Assembly (NCBI GenBank): GCA_964016885.1
Contig: OZ024750.1
Location: 2,914,001 to 2,978,000 of the forward strand
Origin: Eledone cirrhosa
Lineage: Eukaryota
Direction: 5' to 3'
Length of the DNA: 64,000 bases
Below, piece by piece: positions 43,335 through 55,474 of this stretch. Every line of letters starts with the position of its first letter. Within the stretch, counting starts at the first letter, position 1. Both the position numbers and the translations under genes were made by a program. The notes under the pieces were generated by a model. That model did not search any database. It was given only the letters and a program-made list of their open reading frames with translations, and had not been told where the DNA came from.

Positions 43335-43489
43335 TTTGTTGTTAGGTTTGACCAACGCTTTAGTAACTTTTCTAGAACATCTTGTAAATGTCTTGTATCT
43401 TCGATACTGTATTCTTCAAGCAATTTGTTAACTACCTGCTTAATATTATCTAGTGATGTCTTCTTCTGGTTCACCTCATCTTGCAATAG
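43335..43489 (-). CDS. DMD: Dystrophin exon, homolog of DMD exon 54
   Basis: ccccag|CTA...AA|gtgagt; 155 nt, phase 0 to 2; LLQDEVNQKKTSLDNIKQVVNKLLEEYSIEDTRHLQDVLEKLLKRWSNLTT vs human KLLRDYSADDTRKVH. Confidence 0.94.
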
Positions 43490-44719
43490 CTGGGGAAAAC
43501 AAACAAAACAAAAAATAAATTAAATAAAATAAAAACAAAACTAATTGTTAGAAGAAATTTTATGATAAAACCAACCAAAATCAAACACAAAAGCTACAAA
43601 GAAAATTTGTAGTTCAACAGTTTTTTTTTTTTTATTTAAAAAGATAAAAAACCAAAATGACACTTGATAATGGCTATGGCGTGAAGAACAGTACTTTGTA
43701 AAAACTATTGTAAATGCATAAATTCTATACATCATTGAGGGGGTAGGGAGAAAGAGAAGAAAAGAGAAAGTGAGGCAGAGGCGGAGAGAGAGAGAGAGAC
43801 ATTCAATATTTACTAAGATATCACCACTCTTTAGAGATCATCATCATCGTTTAATGGCCATTTTCCCTGCTACCAATATTTCAAATAATTATTTTTTAAA
43901 CATTAAAACAAGTACAACCAGTAATAAAATTATAATTTTTTGGACAATTAACTTCAGATAAACATTTTTTTAATGTTTACATCAACATTGCTACAATTTT
44001 ATTGATTTAAAAATTTTTTTTTTTGTTATCCAAATGTAGTTTTGACGTAAGTATTAAAATACTTTTTCGTCTTTAAGAATAAGTTTTAATAACCTCTAAA
44101 ATTAAAATCGTATAAAGACGAACAAGTCAACTCTGACTTTTAGATATTTAAATACTGTTTTATAGTTTTAAAATACAGGGGGAGAGAACCGTGTAAGTTA
44201 ATCTCAGAAATGGTATTTGTTCTGAGTTCAAAGTCAATTTTATCTTTCATCTTTCCAAGGTTGATAAAATAAAATACAAGTCAAGTCTGAGATCAATTAT
44301 ATCAACCTGGCCTTTTTCCTGGCCTTGTGCCTAATTTAGAAATCAACACATGACAATGAGTTCAGTGAAGAATTTAGTGTGCAGGGGTTTAACCCTTTAG
44401 TATTTACATTAGTCTATATATAGTTGAGGTAACATCTTTATCTTAGATACCTTCACTATTGTACCCTAGTAGCTACTCTCTCCCCACTCATGCCCCTTCC
44501 ACTAGCACTCCCTAGCAGCTATCTACACCATTACTAAACATGCACTCCATCCATGCCTCCTCCGGTTTTCATTCCTTAGCCTTCCCATCTCCAATCCCTA
44601 GATAACATCACTACCGCACCGTACCTCCTCCACTATCACCTCCCGCTCCAGTACTGAGTCTATGTAGACCCATCAAACCCTTGCTAGCAGGGAAAGCAAA
44701 CGTTTGATGATGATGATAA

Positions 44720-45300
44720 TAGGTGTTTATCAAGACTCAGTCCCCTTCTGTATATTATAATTCTTCGGGCTATTGTGGAAGTGTTTAAGACTGATTCTCT
44801 AAGGGAACTCTTATTTGCTGATGGTCTTCCAGCTAAATCTGGGGACAATCTAAAGAACAAATTCCAGGCATGGAAATAAAATCTAGAATTAAAAAGATTC
44901 AGAGTAAATTTGGCAAAAACTAAATTTTTAGAATGTCGGAAAGAAGACAAGATTCTGTTGTCATGGAAATATGCTGGAAAGGAGGAGTAGGTAGGAATTT
45001 CATATGATATAAATAAACAATGGGTACACAATAAGTGTAGTGGGATTACCAGCAGGTTAACAGAGAAAGAAGGTAGACTTTGTATGTGGCAGATGCACAA
45101 GAGTAGTCAGTAGTCAAAGCACCAAAAAAAAAAAAAAAAGAATATAATCTTTCTCATGTTCCAGAGAAATAGTTGATAGCTTCTATTATACCTAGCTGAC
45201 CCAATTAGCAGTGGAGGAAGGTAATCTGAAAGTACAGTACCTAGAATAAGAACAGGGTGGAAGAAATTCAGGGAACTACTACTAACTATACTGGCAACAA
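44720..45300 (+). pseudogene. Decayed RTE reverse-transcriptase fragment
   Basis: LSPLLYII...RELLFADGL...FRVNLAKTKF...RIRTGWKKFREL. Confidence 0.78.
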
Positions 45301-46182
45301 GTGAAATATTGTGACTACACTAGCCCAAATAAACCAATTTATAACAATGATAATTCCTCATCTAAGGAATTCAAACTAGAAAATATAATTAAATTTAAAA
45401 AAAAACATATTATAAATATAGTGTAGAGTTCTCTTTGGATAAAATAAATAAATTATGAAATGAAATTATAAATCATAAAAAAAATTAAAAATTAAAAAAA
45501 AAAATCTAAATCCTTCTTTTTATGGAAATTATCAAACTAAATTGGGACAAGGGAGATAATTTTGGAGCTCTTCAAAGCATCTCGTTTGTTAAGTCTAAAT
45601 GGTTTAAGAAGGAAATTTAAAGTTCATATTTCCAATAGGCGTATATGTTCATTGATATATATACTTGATAGAAATATTCATGTTTATTAAATGAAATATA
45701 GATTTTGATTTCTTTTAAGAAGTTCAATGGAAATTAATTTTTTGTAAGGGATATATCGTTGACTGAATAAATATCAAAATAATAGATACTCTGCCTTTTC
45801 CACAATGAAAAAAAGATGTCAGCTTCGTTTAGCTGACGTAATTTGGATAGTCATGTGTAACTGACGTTGATGGTGACGTCCGAATGAGTATCCTCCATTA
45901 CAAACTAACATACCCTCCACTTCTGGGTCCCAGCCGATATGATGGAAAAGGGATTACCCTGGAGGATAGCGAGGGAGACCTGCTGGAACAGTCACACTAC
46001 CTCACACCTGCAAGCGGCCAGCTCCACTCCGATAGCCGGAACTCTCCACTGCTACAGGCTCTACCACAAACGCTAATATAAGCTAAGATTATAAAATCAG
46101 AGAAAAAAAACAAGCAAGAAATGTCGGCTATTTTAGTTTTAAGATATTCTTAAAATTTTGTAATACGCAATAGAAAGTTTAC

Positions 46183-46385
46183 CTTATAAGTTGAAAGAGA
46201 TTTTGTAATATCACAAGAATTATGCGCTTTTGATTTCACCTCGTCTTCCATTTGATGCAACCATCGGTTAAAGATGGTATAAGTTTCATCAAACTGGCGA
46301 CATTCAAGTAACATATCTTCTAAACGAGACTTTCTTAATGAAACGGAAGATTTTGTGTCATTCCAAAGATGGCTTATTTCATCAG
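46183..46385 (-). CDS. DMD: Dystrophin exon, homolog of DMD exon 53
   Basis: ttgcag|CT...AAG|gtaaac; 203 nt, phase 1 to 0; ADEISHLWNDTKSSVSLRKSRLEDMLLECRQFDETYTIFNRWLHQMEDEVKSKAHNSCDITKSLSTYK (absent from ORF track). Confidence 0.93.
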
Positions 46386-46904
46386 CTGCAAAATAAAGAA
46401 CATATTTTGTTGTAATAGAATGTTGTAGTTTGCTTATTATACTCTGACAAAGGGAATTTTAAGTCCATAATATTAGGACGAAAGAAACAACAACAATAAA
46501 ACAAAGATTACCAGGTAACTAACTTTTTCATTGCCATCAACTTATCGTCCATTTTGCATTATTTAGCCTTATATAACTTTCCACTTTCCAAATTATACAT
46601 TTTGTTTTGTTTTTTCCCCATGTGTGAAACTAAGAAATTTATTCAATATAAAAAACCCTCCCAATGTCACGAAACGCCATTGACATTATATAAAAATAAT
46701 TGAGCAGTATCTAATATAAACTAAATATACTGTTAAAGAGAAGAGAAAAGATTCACTCTTGTGTGTTGAGAAGTAAGGTGAGATATGAAATTATATGAAA
46801 AGATGGACATTAAAAACGGAAATCATATGGCAACTAAATCTTTAATGTAAAAACCTCCACAAACTAAAGAGAAATGAGTTGTGTGTGTCGGATGGGCAAC
46901 ATGA

Positions 46905-47420
46905 AATAGTATAGGAGAGAGTAGATAGTATAGGAGAGAGAGAGAGAGAGAGTAGATAGTATAGGAGAGAGAGAGAGAGTAGATAGTATAGGAGAGAGAG
47001 AGCAGATAGTATAGGAGAGAGAGAGTAGATAGTATAGGAGAGAGAGAGCAGATAGTATAGGAGAGAGAGAGCAGATAGTATAGGAGAGAGAGAGTAGATA
47101 GTATAGGAGAGAGAGAGTAGATAGTATAGGAGAGAGAGAGCAGATAGTATAGGAGAGAGAGAGCAGATAGTATAGGAGAGAGAGTAGATAGTATAGGAGA
47201 GAGAGAGCAGATAGTATAGGAGAGAGAGAGCAGATAGTATAGGAGAGAGAGAGCAGATAGTATAGGAGAGAGAGTAGATAGTATAGGAGAGAGAGAGCAG
47301 ATAGTATAGGAGAGAGAGTAGATAGTATAGGAGAGAGAGAGCAGATAGTATAGGAGAGAGAGAGTAGATACTATAGGAGAGAGAGAGCAGATAGTATAGG
47401 AGAGAGAGAGCAGATAGTAC
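46905..47420. repeat. Purine-rich 21-25-bp minisatellite beside the exon-52 donor
   Basis: (gagagagagcagatagtatag)n. Confidence 0.95.
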
Positions 47421-47479
47421 AGGAAAAGATGAAACAGTATACTCTTGAAATATATTTAGTAAAATAAAAAGAACTCTAC

Positions 47480-47597
47480 CCTTTTCTTGAATTGCTGTCT
47501 TCACTTCAGAAGAATTAGTTTCCATTTGTAATGCAGACGATCTCTGGAGAATATCTTCAAGGTCTTCTTGTCGATTCTCCATATTTTGCAAAGTATT
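47480..47597 (-). CDS. DMD: Dystrophin exon, homolog of DMD exon 52
   Basis: tttcag|AAT...AAGG|gtagag; 118 nt, phase 0 to 1; NTLQNMENRQEDLEDILQRSSALQMETNSSEVKTAIQEK. Confidence 0.93.
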
Positions 47598-48034
47598 CTG
47601 AAATTAATTGGAAAAAAATACAAAAATAGTTATATGAGTAAACATAACCTATGAAGCAAGCGGCCGAAATGGGGTTCCTATCAGCAACTACTTTAAAGTA
47701 TGTATTGGGTGGGTTTATTGTGTAGAACAGCAACACTAGGGGGCGCTGTCATGTCTTGAAAACTAAAGGGTCTTCCGGTTCTCTGTTGGGGTAAACTTGG
47801 CCTTTCATCCTTTCAAGGTTGATAACAAATACCAGTGTAGTACTGGGGTCAACTCTTCCTCTGTATCTCCAGAAGACTGGACTCCACCAGGTTTAAAATA
47901 CCCAGAACAAGCTTCATGTCATGACAATGATCCTACGACTGCAACAAGAGTTACAGGTCCAAACATATATATAGTCACGGAATAAAATAGAAAGAAAGAT
48001 ATTTTTTCCAATTAGAATTCAGTAAGACACCTAC

Positions 48035-48222
48035 CTTCTGTTTCACAATAAGTTGCTCAATATCAGATAAGTTGCCAATCACAGCTTTATTAACTTTCTG
48101 CATTCGATTCTGTAAAGCTAGCCAATCCATGAGGTCAGTTAGTGATTTGTCAAAGCTAGGATGGCGCGTAGCGCTTGTATGAGACATATGGTTTGCTTGT
48201 TGTGTCTCATGAGATACTTTTA
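48035..48222 (-). CDS. DMD: Dystrophin exon, homolog of DMD exon 51 (hinge 3 into repeat 20)
   Basis: ttatag|TA...AAG|gtaggt; 188 nt, phase 1 to 0; ...FDKSLTDLMDWLALQNRMQKVNKAVIGNLSDIEQLIVKQK vs human FNRAWTELTDWLSLLDQVIKSQRVMVGDLEDINEMIIKQK. Confidence 0.94.
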
Positions 48223-48696
48223 CTATAAAGAGAAATGACAGAAAAGTACCAAGGTAAGTTGAGAATCTTTATATTTTCAATGACCAACATATACTGAGGC
48301 ATCAAATACTATGTTCCCTAAATGTTTTCCAATCATAAACATTTAAAACTTAACTTGACACCCTAATTTAAATTGTAAAAGTGAATCCGATTTATGCCAA
48401 ATCTTTCAATATAAATTTTCTCGTTCAATCGACTTTCTAGATTAAAAACAAACAGTTTAATAGAAAAACCTTATATGAAATAAGATAGCGTGTGTTGATA
48501 GGTTTATGAAGCTGTTAGATAAGTGAACTGTATATAGGACTGATTGGAAAAATTGAAACTGGTGCAGACTTAGCTCAACAAGAGCTAAACTTTATAACTA
48601 AACTTTATAAGCAAGAATAAATATTTTTAAAAAATAAAATAGTTTTAAAGCATTTTTATTAGTTACATAAAATAGAAAAACAAAACTTTTAGATAC

Positions 48697-48913
48697 CTTT
48701 TTTCATAACTTCAACGACTGATTCTGGAGCTGGTTTCAACTGAGAAGCCATTATTTGTACTTGTTCCCAGTCATTATTAAGTCGAACAACTCGTTCTTGA
48801 ATTGCCTCTGTCATTTTCATATTTTGTCGTTGTCCATCTTTTATCATCTGTCCATATTTATGATTAATGTTGTCAATATTTACTTGTCGGGCCTTCAAAG
48901 CTTTCTGCATAGT
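48697..48913 (-). CDS. DMD: Dystrophin exon equivalent to fused DMD exons 49+50
   Basis: ttatag|ACT...AAAG|gtatct; 217 nt, phase 0 to 1; TMQKALKARQVNIDNINHKYGQMIKDGQRQNMKMTEAIQERVVRLNNDWEQVQIMASQLKPAPESVVEVMKK. Confidence 0.88.
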
Positions 48914-49276
48914 CTATAAAACAAAATAATATTGGTAAACTTTATACAGCTTCTATAGCAACAAAAGCCACATTTCTCACACACTCAACAAGACAAATGA
49001 AACAGTTTTAACCTTTTAGCATTTAAACTGGCCATATCTGGCAAGAATTCTCTTACCTCTTTCTGTTCAAACTGGCCATAACTGGCCAGTCATACTTATG
49101 TTAAAGTATTGTTCTTAAAATAAATAATATCAAAATCTCACAGACTCAATATTATATAAAATAATTATGTGAGATAAAGTGTTTACCATGAAAATATAAT
49201 AGTATATATTGAGTAATGTAAATGCTAAAGAGTTAAAGCAGAAGTTAACTTGAGATAAAGATGAAGTGAAACTAAC

Positions 49277-49468
49277 GTGTGGATCTACAACAACTGAATC
49301 TTGTTCTTCAGAGCCTGTAGTTGAGTTTGTGGGATTTTGTTGGGCCTCTAAAACATTTTTGGTTCCAGTAATCCATGTCTGCAACTCTTCAAGATTCTTT
49401 AGGAAGTCTTGTAATGTGCTGAGTTTTACATCTAAAAATTTCACACGTTCTGGAATTGCAACTATCAA
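49277..49468 (-). CDS. DMD: Dystrophin exon, homolog of DMD exon 48
   Basis: tttcag|TTG...CAC|gttagt; 192 nt, phase 0-0; LIVAIPERVKFLDVKLSTLQDFLKNLEELQTWITGTKNVLEAQQNPTNSTTGSEEQDSVVVDPH. Confidence 0.88.
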
Positions 49469-50006
49469 CTGAAAACAGAGTCAATCAAAATGACGGGATT
49501 CAGAAAGATTTCAAAAAGTCAAGTAGTAAACATTCCATCTACGTACAAATATATAAGAAAGTGTTTAAAATTTAATAAGTGTTTAAAATTTAAATCACCC
49601 AGTTCACTCTGTAAAGTGGTTGTGTAGGTGACATGACAAAAAGCACCCAATCCACACTGTAAAGTGGTTGTGTAGGAAACACGACAAAAAGTGCCCAGTT
49701 CACACTGTAGAGTGGTTGTGTAGGTGTCATCACAAAAAGCACCCAGTCCACACTGTAAATATGGTTGGCGTTAGGAAGAGTATCCAGCCGTAGAAACCAA
49801 GCCAAAATTAGTTCTGTATGAACAAGACATGGCCACCTGACTTGGTCTATCTCACAACAGGACAACTCGTCTAACCCATGCTAGTGTGGAAAAAATGGAC
49901 GTTAAATGATGATAATGTTAAACACTTTAAAATAAACAGTTTTGTATCACAGAACTAAGGGTAGTTCCAGTTAAGTATCACAAAGGGTTAAATTAAGTAC
50001 TCTTAC

Positions 50007-50156
50007 CTTTTTCCATCGCGTATTAAGGTTTTCAAGATCTTTACTCATATTCTCTTTATCCTGGTTAGATAAAGAGTCTTGCTTCATCATATGTTGTGCG
50101 TTGCGGTTAAGTACCTTCAACTGTTGCTGATGTGTTGAGAACTCATCTTCCATTTC
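50007..50156 (-). CDS. DMD: Dystrophin exon, homolog of DMD exon 47
   Basis: gttcag|GAA...AAG|gtaaga; 150 nt, phase 0-0; EMEDEFSTHQQQLKVLNRNAQHMMKQDSLSNQDKENMSKDLENLNTRWKK. Confidence 0.92.
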
Positions 50157-50244
50157 CTGAACATAGAAAACAGAGAGAAATTCTTACTCTTCTCCTTCAC
50201 TCTGATGGTGCTAACAGATCCAACCAAAAACAATAACATGTAGA

Positions 50245-50455
50245 ATATGGAATTAATTAGATCATTGGATGAAGAAGTGGAAGGAAGTTACGGTAGAAAG
50301 ACCTGGGCTGAGGTTGTGAGACCTGACCTCAAATTACTGAGACTCACTGAGGCGATGACAAAGGATTACGACGTGTGGAGTGATGTCATGCTGAGAAGGA
50401 CCCATCCAACCCATGCAAGTGTGGAAAAGCGAAGGTATAATGATGATGATGATTT
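50245..50455 (+). mobile_element. RTE LINE 3' end
   Basis: GRKTWAEVVRPDLKLLRL then acccatgcaagtgtggaaaa...(GAT)n. Confidence 0.7.
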
Positions 50456-50700
50456 AATGAAATAAAAATCAAAGAAATAAGTTTTACAATAACACAGTAT
50501 TTTTTAAATATAAAGAATGATGTGTTCTTGTGCGGAAATGCTATAAAACAGTTTTAAAAAGCATGAAGACCCTTTAAAGAGGGAAAAAGAAGTTGCCATT
50601 GGCCGCTATGATGAATTAAACCTCATATCTCTCAGATAAGGTCTTTAGACCAATACCCCCCCCCCCCCATCAAACATTTATAAAAACTTCGACTACTTAC

Positions 50701-50845
50701 TTTGAATTTGTCATAGGTTTCCTCTAAATTTTCTTCACCTTGAATTAATGGAATGCTCAAAAGGTTTTCTGCTTCATCGATCCATAAAAATAATTCATCC
50801 ATGTCATCTGTGAACTCACTAGTTTTTAAACTCTCATCATCATAC
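50701..50845 (-). CDS. DMD: Dystrophin exon, homolog of DMD exon 46 (alternative in-frame acceptor would start it at 50872)
   Basis: tcacag|G...AAA|gtaagt; 145 nt, phase 2 to 0; YDDESLKTSEFTDDMDELFLWIDEAENLLSIPLIQGEENLEETYDKFK vs human SEFQRDLNEFVLWLEEADNIASIPL. Confidence 0.93.
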
Positions 50846-51554
50846 CTGTGACAAAGACAAGACAGATCATACCTGTGACAAAGACAAGACAGAGTTTAAA
50901 CAGCCAAGAGAACAACTTTATTTATGTACAATTATATTAAACAAACAGTATATAGCCAGTGGTACCAAGGCTGCAAAATAAACCAATAATAAAACCTTTA
51001 TTGCAGTCACTTGAGTTGTAGGACATAAACAAACATCACTAGCTACTCAAGCAGTGCAAAGACATCAAAATACAATAGTAAATATAGAGTAATGTAAATG
51101 CTAAAGGGTTAAACAATTTAAAATACTTATTAAAATATATTGTAGCTGCCTTTAATTGTATGGTAACCTTAAAACAAAAACAAACTGTTCAGTAGCTAGA
51201 ATTAACCTTTAGTAGTGATTCAAGTCAGTTCTAAATGTCATTTGACAAAGTGATCTTTACTTTATCAACTTTACACTAAACAAAAAAAGGGGTTGAATTC
51301 TCAGTTATTAACCATGAAATAAACTTTGACAAAGGAACATTTTGTTAACTATGATTGTAACATTATTTCAATACAGGATATATATGTGAATTTCTAAAGA
51401 AAAGAATGTATTTCAACTCCCTATTTTGTTACCCTAACCCCTAACATTCCAAGTTGAGGAAGAGGGGATACACAACAGAAAATTTCAATGACTAGAGCAT
51501 TGTTGTAAGCAACAGCCCTTAATCTGTGAATAGCCAGAGAAAGAACATCAACAC

Positions 51555-51698
51555 ACACACCACACACCACACACCACACCACACCACACACCACACCACA
51601 CCACACCACACCACACCACACCACACCACACCACACCACACACACCACACCACACCACACCACACCACACACCACACCACACCACACCACACACACAC
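51555..51698. repeat. (CACAC)n microsatellite
   Basis: direct reading. Confidence 0.95.
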
Positions 51699-52800
51699 AA
51701 AGACAGACCGAGACAATGATAGCTGTTATTTGAAGTTAGTATTGTTGTAACTGTGAATGTATGATTGATAATCAAAGTATATATAAACTAGGAGTTGACC
51801 ATTTGACACCATCTGCTAACAATAAACATTTCAAACAGATGTAGTGAAACACAATAACAGCATTAACCCCTGCCCCCTTTTAATCCAGAAATAACTGGGG
51901 TGGAATCTAAGCAAATAGAAATAGGGTGCCAAATGTCTAGTGAATTGTTGGGGGTTGTTACCAGTTAATGTTCACCAGTGAGAGGATTCAGTCTATTTTT
52001 ACAAAAAATAAATACTATTTATGGGCCCAGACATGACCAAGTAGTTCAGAAACTCATCTTCTCTGGTTCTATTAGACTACATGACACCTTAGACAAATGA
52101 CTTCTACTATAACCTTTACCTACTATAGCCAATACCTTGTCAACGAATGGAAATTATGAAGCTTGCTATATATCATCATCATTGTTTAATGTCCATTTTC
52201 TATGCTAGCATGGGTTAGACAGGTTGTCCCATTAGTGGCAAGTCAGGTCAGGTGACCGTGTCTTGCTCATATAGAATTGTTTTGGGCTAGGTTTCTATGG
52301 CTGGATGCCTGTCCTAACACCAACCATATTTGCAGTGTGTGCTGGGTGCTTTTTGTCTTGACCCCCAAGATAAAATGCATCCAGTACACACTGAAAAATG
52401 GTAGTACTGGTACCATACCCAGTACGCACTGCTGGCATCACAATAAAATACACTGAATATACTCTGTAAAGTGGTTGGCATCAGAAGCCATGCTGAAATA
52501 TGGAACATACGAGCAAGGCATGGTAACTGACGTGTCTTGTCTCAGAGTCTGACAACCATTCCAACCTATACTAGCATGGAAAGCAACAGTAAAACAATGG
52601 TGATGATAACATAGATCTTTTAGTAATGGAAACTATTCTTCATTTTAAATGAATAGTTCCTCAATAAAAGAACATTTCAGAAGAATACATTAAATAAAAC
52701 AACAAAATCCCTGCCCCCACCCGAACAAATAAACAAACTATTTTTAAGTCTCAAATTGCCAAATGGTGTTTTGACACCTTTCAACACATCTGTTACTTAC

Positions 52801-52976
52801 TTGTCAGGTCTTTCTAAAACATCTTTACACAAGCATTTCCATCGGTGATTAAGAGCATCCAGCTTTTCTCTCAACAGGTGAGAATCAGGAGCGGCTGACT
52901 GACGAATTATTTCATTGCCTGCTGCATTCATACTATTTACAGTCCCTTGGTGGGATCGGATTCCATTTTCTAATTC
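52801..52976 (-). CDS. DMD: Dystrophin exon, homolog of DMD exon 45
   Basis: ttgtag|GAA...AA|gtaagt; 176 nt; ELENGIRSHQGTVNSMNAAGNEIIRQSAAPDSHLLREKLDALNHRWKCLCKDVLERPD vs human ELQDGIGQRQTVVRTLNATGEEIIQQSSKTDASILQEKLGSLNLRWQEVCKQL. Confidence 0.95.
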
Positions 52977-53239
52977 CTACAAATAAAAATTAACACAGTT
53001 AAGTTCATAATTGTGACAGTTAAAAAAATATCAAAAACAAAATCCAAGATAAAATTGCAAAAGAAACATTGCAAAAGAAACCCTGTTGATGAAGGTAGCT
53101 GTGGCCTGATGTAGTCTGTCACCTCTGTATCCTAATTCTAATGTCCTAGGTGTCTTCAATGTAGATTTAGTAAAAGAATTTATTTATAGTAAGTACTAAT
53201 TCTCTATGTATTGTATATTTTGTAGCATAGTATTATGTT

Positions 53240-53725
53240 ATGGATTCTATGATGTGTATAAAAATAAGATGCTATGGAGTGTATATAAAAATAAGATTCT
53301 ATGGGGTGTATAAAAAATAAGATTCTATGGGGTGTATAAAAAATAAGATGCTATGGGGTGTATATAAAAATAAGATTCTATGGGGTGTATAAAAAATAAG
53401 ATGCTATGGGGTGTATAAAAAATAAGATGCTATGGGGTGTATAAAAAAATAAGATGCTATGGGGTGTATATAAAAATAAGATTCTATGAGGTGTATATAA
53501 AAATAAGATTCTATGAGGTGTATATAAAAATAAGATTCTATGGGGTGTGTAAAAAATAAGATGCTATGGGGTGTATAAAAACAAATAAGATTCTATGGGG
53601 TGTATATAAAAATAAGATTCTATGAGGTGTATATAAAAATAAGATTCTATGAGGTGTATATAAAAATAAGATTCTATGGGGTGTATATAAAAATAAGATT
53701 CTATGGGGTGTGTAAAAAAAATAAA
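53240..53725. repeat. About 27-bp minisatellite
   Basis: (aaaaataagattctatggggtgtatat)n. Confidence 0.93.
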
Positions 53726-55474
53726 ATTCAAATGGAGCAAAAATGTTAATACATGGATGCAAAAACAAAGATATTTGAAGTGAAGTCTGTTGTGGAAGAA
53801 AAGACGATCAAAGTACAACAATTCTGGTTTAACCTTTTAGCATTTAAACCAACCATATCTGGCCAGAATTCTCTCACCTCTTTCTGTCAAACCGGCCGTA
53901 ACCAGCTGCTCATACTAATGTTAAGGTATTGTTCTCAAAATAAATGATATCAAAATCTCGTAGATTTGATATTATATGAGATAATTATGTGAGATAAAAT
54001 GTTTACCGTGCAAATACAATAGTAAATATAGAGTCATGTAAATGGTAAAGGGTTAAACGGTGTCAGCATGAAGACATGGAAAAATCTATATACACATGAT
54101 GATAATGGTGATAAAGGCATCAACAATGATGATGGTGGTGACATCAACAAACGATCATGATAATGATGATGAAGACATTAACAAACAATTTCACAAGGTT
54201 TTGGTTGACATGAAGCTGTGGTAAAGAAACTTGCCCAAGATACCACTCAGTGCAATTGAACCAGGAACCTCATGATTGTGAAGTGAACTTCTTAAACACT
54301 CAGGTGTGGTTGTGTCCACACTAAGCTTAATTTGAATGAAACTGTGTGTGTGAGAGAGAGAGAGAGAATTCATCTGAAGAACATAGTAGTTGGGGGGCTA
54401 CATTACCAAATTAGATGCTTTCAAGTTAATTGGGTGTAAAAAGTTTTTAGCTATGTTAAAAAAATGGAATTTCTTTTTTCGACATTAAAAAAGTTTCCAT
54501 TTCAGATTTAGATCTTTAAAAAGAATTTTTTTAAATATATATAAATTTATTTCAAATTTCATATTCCCCACATGTATCTAATTTGGAATAGGTACACCAT
54601 ATTCCTGTGTACCATAAAAGACCATTAAAAGGTTGGCATGAAACCCTAAAATACTGCCCCAAATAGGACCCCCTGATGATTAACAAGCCTGTCAAAGAGA
54701 CCACAAGACTAACCCTTGCTTTAGCAGAGAAAATAGTTTTTAAATGCTTTTTGTTGTAATTTCATATTCTAGTGTATGCTTTGCTATGACTACTGTAAAA
54801 CAAAAACCACACTTTTAAAGATAATTTAAATTAATCTATCTAATCCTTTCATTACCAAATTTCTAATGAAAGACATTTCCTTTATATTTCAAATAACTTT
54901 TTAAATATCCACACATTTCGAGGGATTAAGTAAATTAATTAACTAATTTTAACATTATTTAAGTTGGTGTTTGGAATATAACTTAAGAAAGGTTTTTACA
55001 TAAAATTATGATGGAAAGTTTTTATATAATTATATGACGTTAAGACTCTCTTCTTGCTATTTAAAGTGTTAAACTAATATATTTCTTCCATGTACTGTGC
55101 CATTTGTTTTGTTATTTTTATTATTTATGTTTACCTTTTTACCTTTTACATATATATATATATATATGTAAACAATTTAAAATAATTGTTTCTACTTTTG
55201 GCACAAGGCCAGCAATTACCCAGTGCATTACTGGTACTTTATTTTATCGACCCCGTAAGGATGAAAGGCAAAGTTAACCTCGGCGGGATTTGAACTCAGA
55301 ATGGCAAGAGCCGTAACTCTATGCGTCAAAGCAATTTAAAATAATGGGTGCTTTCAAGCAGTTTGTTATCAAAAGGGTTGATGAGTCTTTACAAGACTTA
55401 GATGTGTAAAGTTAGTGGCAATTACGTCACCATTGACAAAAGAGAATACTTAGATAAAAGAATAACAGACTTAC

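Noticed and set aside
45865-46072. RNase P/MRP, 7SL or telomerase RNA identity for the GC island
   Set aside because: Only partial motif resemblance; too little room for P2/P3, no telomeric template, no SRP core match
45884-46081. Plus-strand 65-aa ORF as a nested gene
   Set aside because: No recognisable homology; an ORF of this length is unremarkable in GC-richer sequence
46842-47479. Long hydrophobic extension of the 249-aa ORF
   Set aside because: Intronic minisatellite read through past the exon-52 donor
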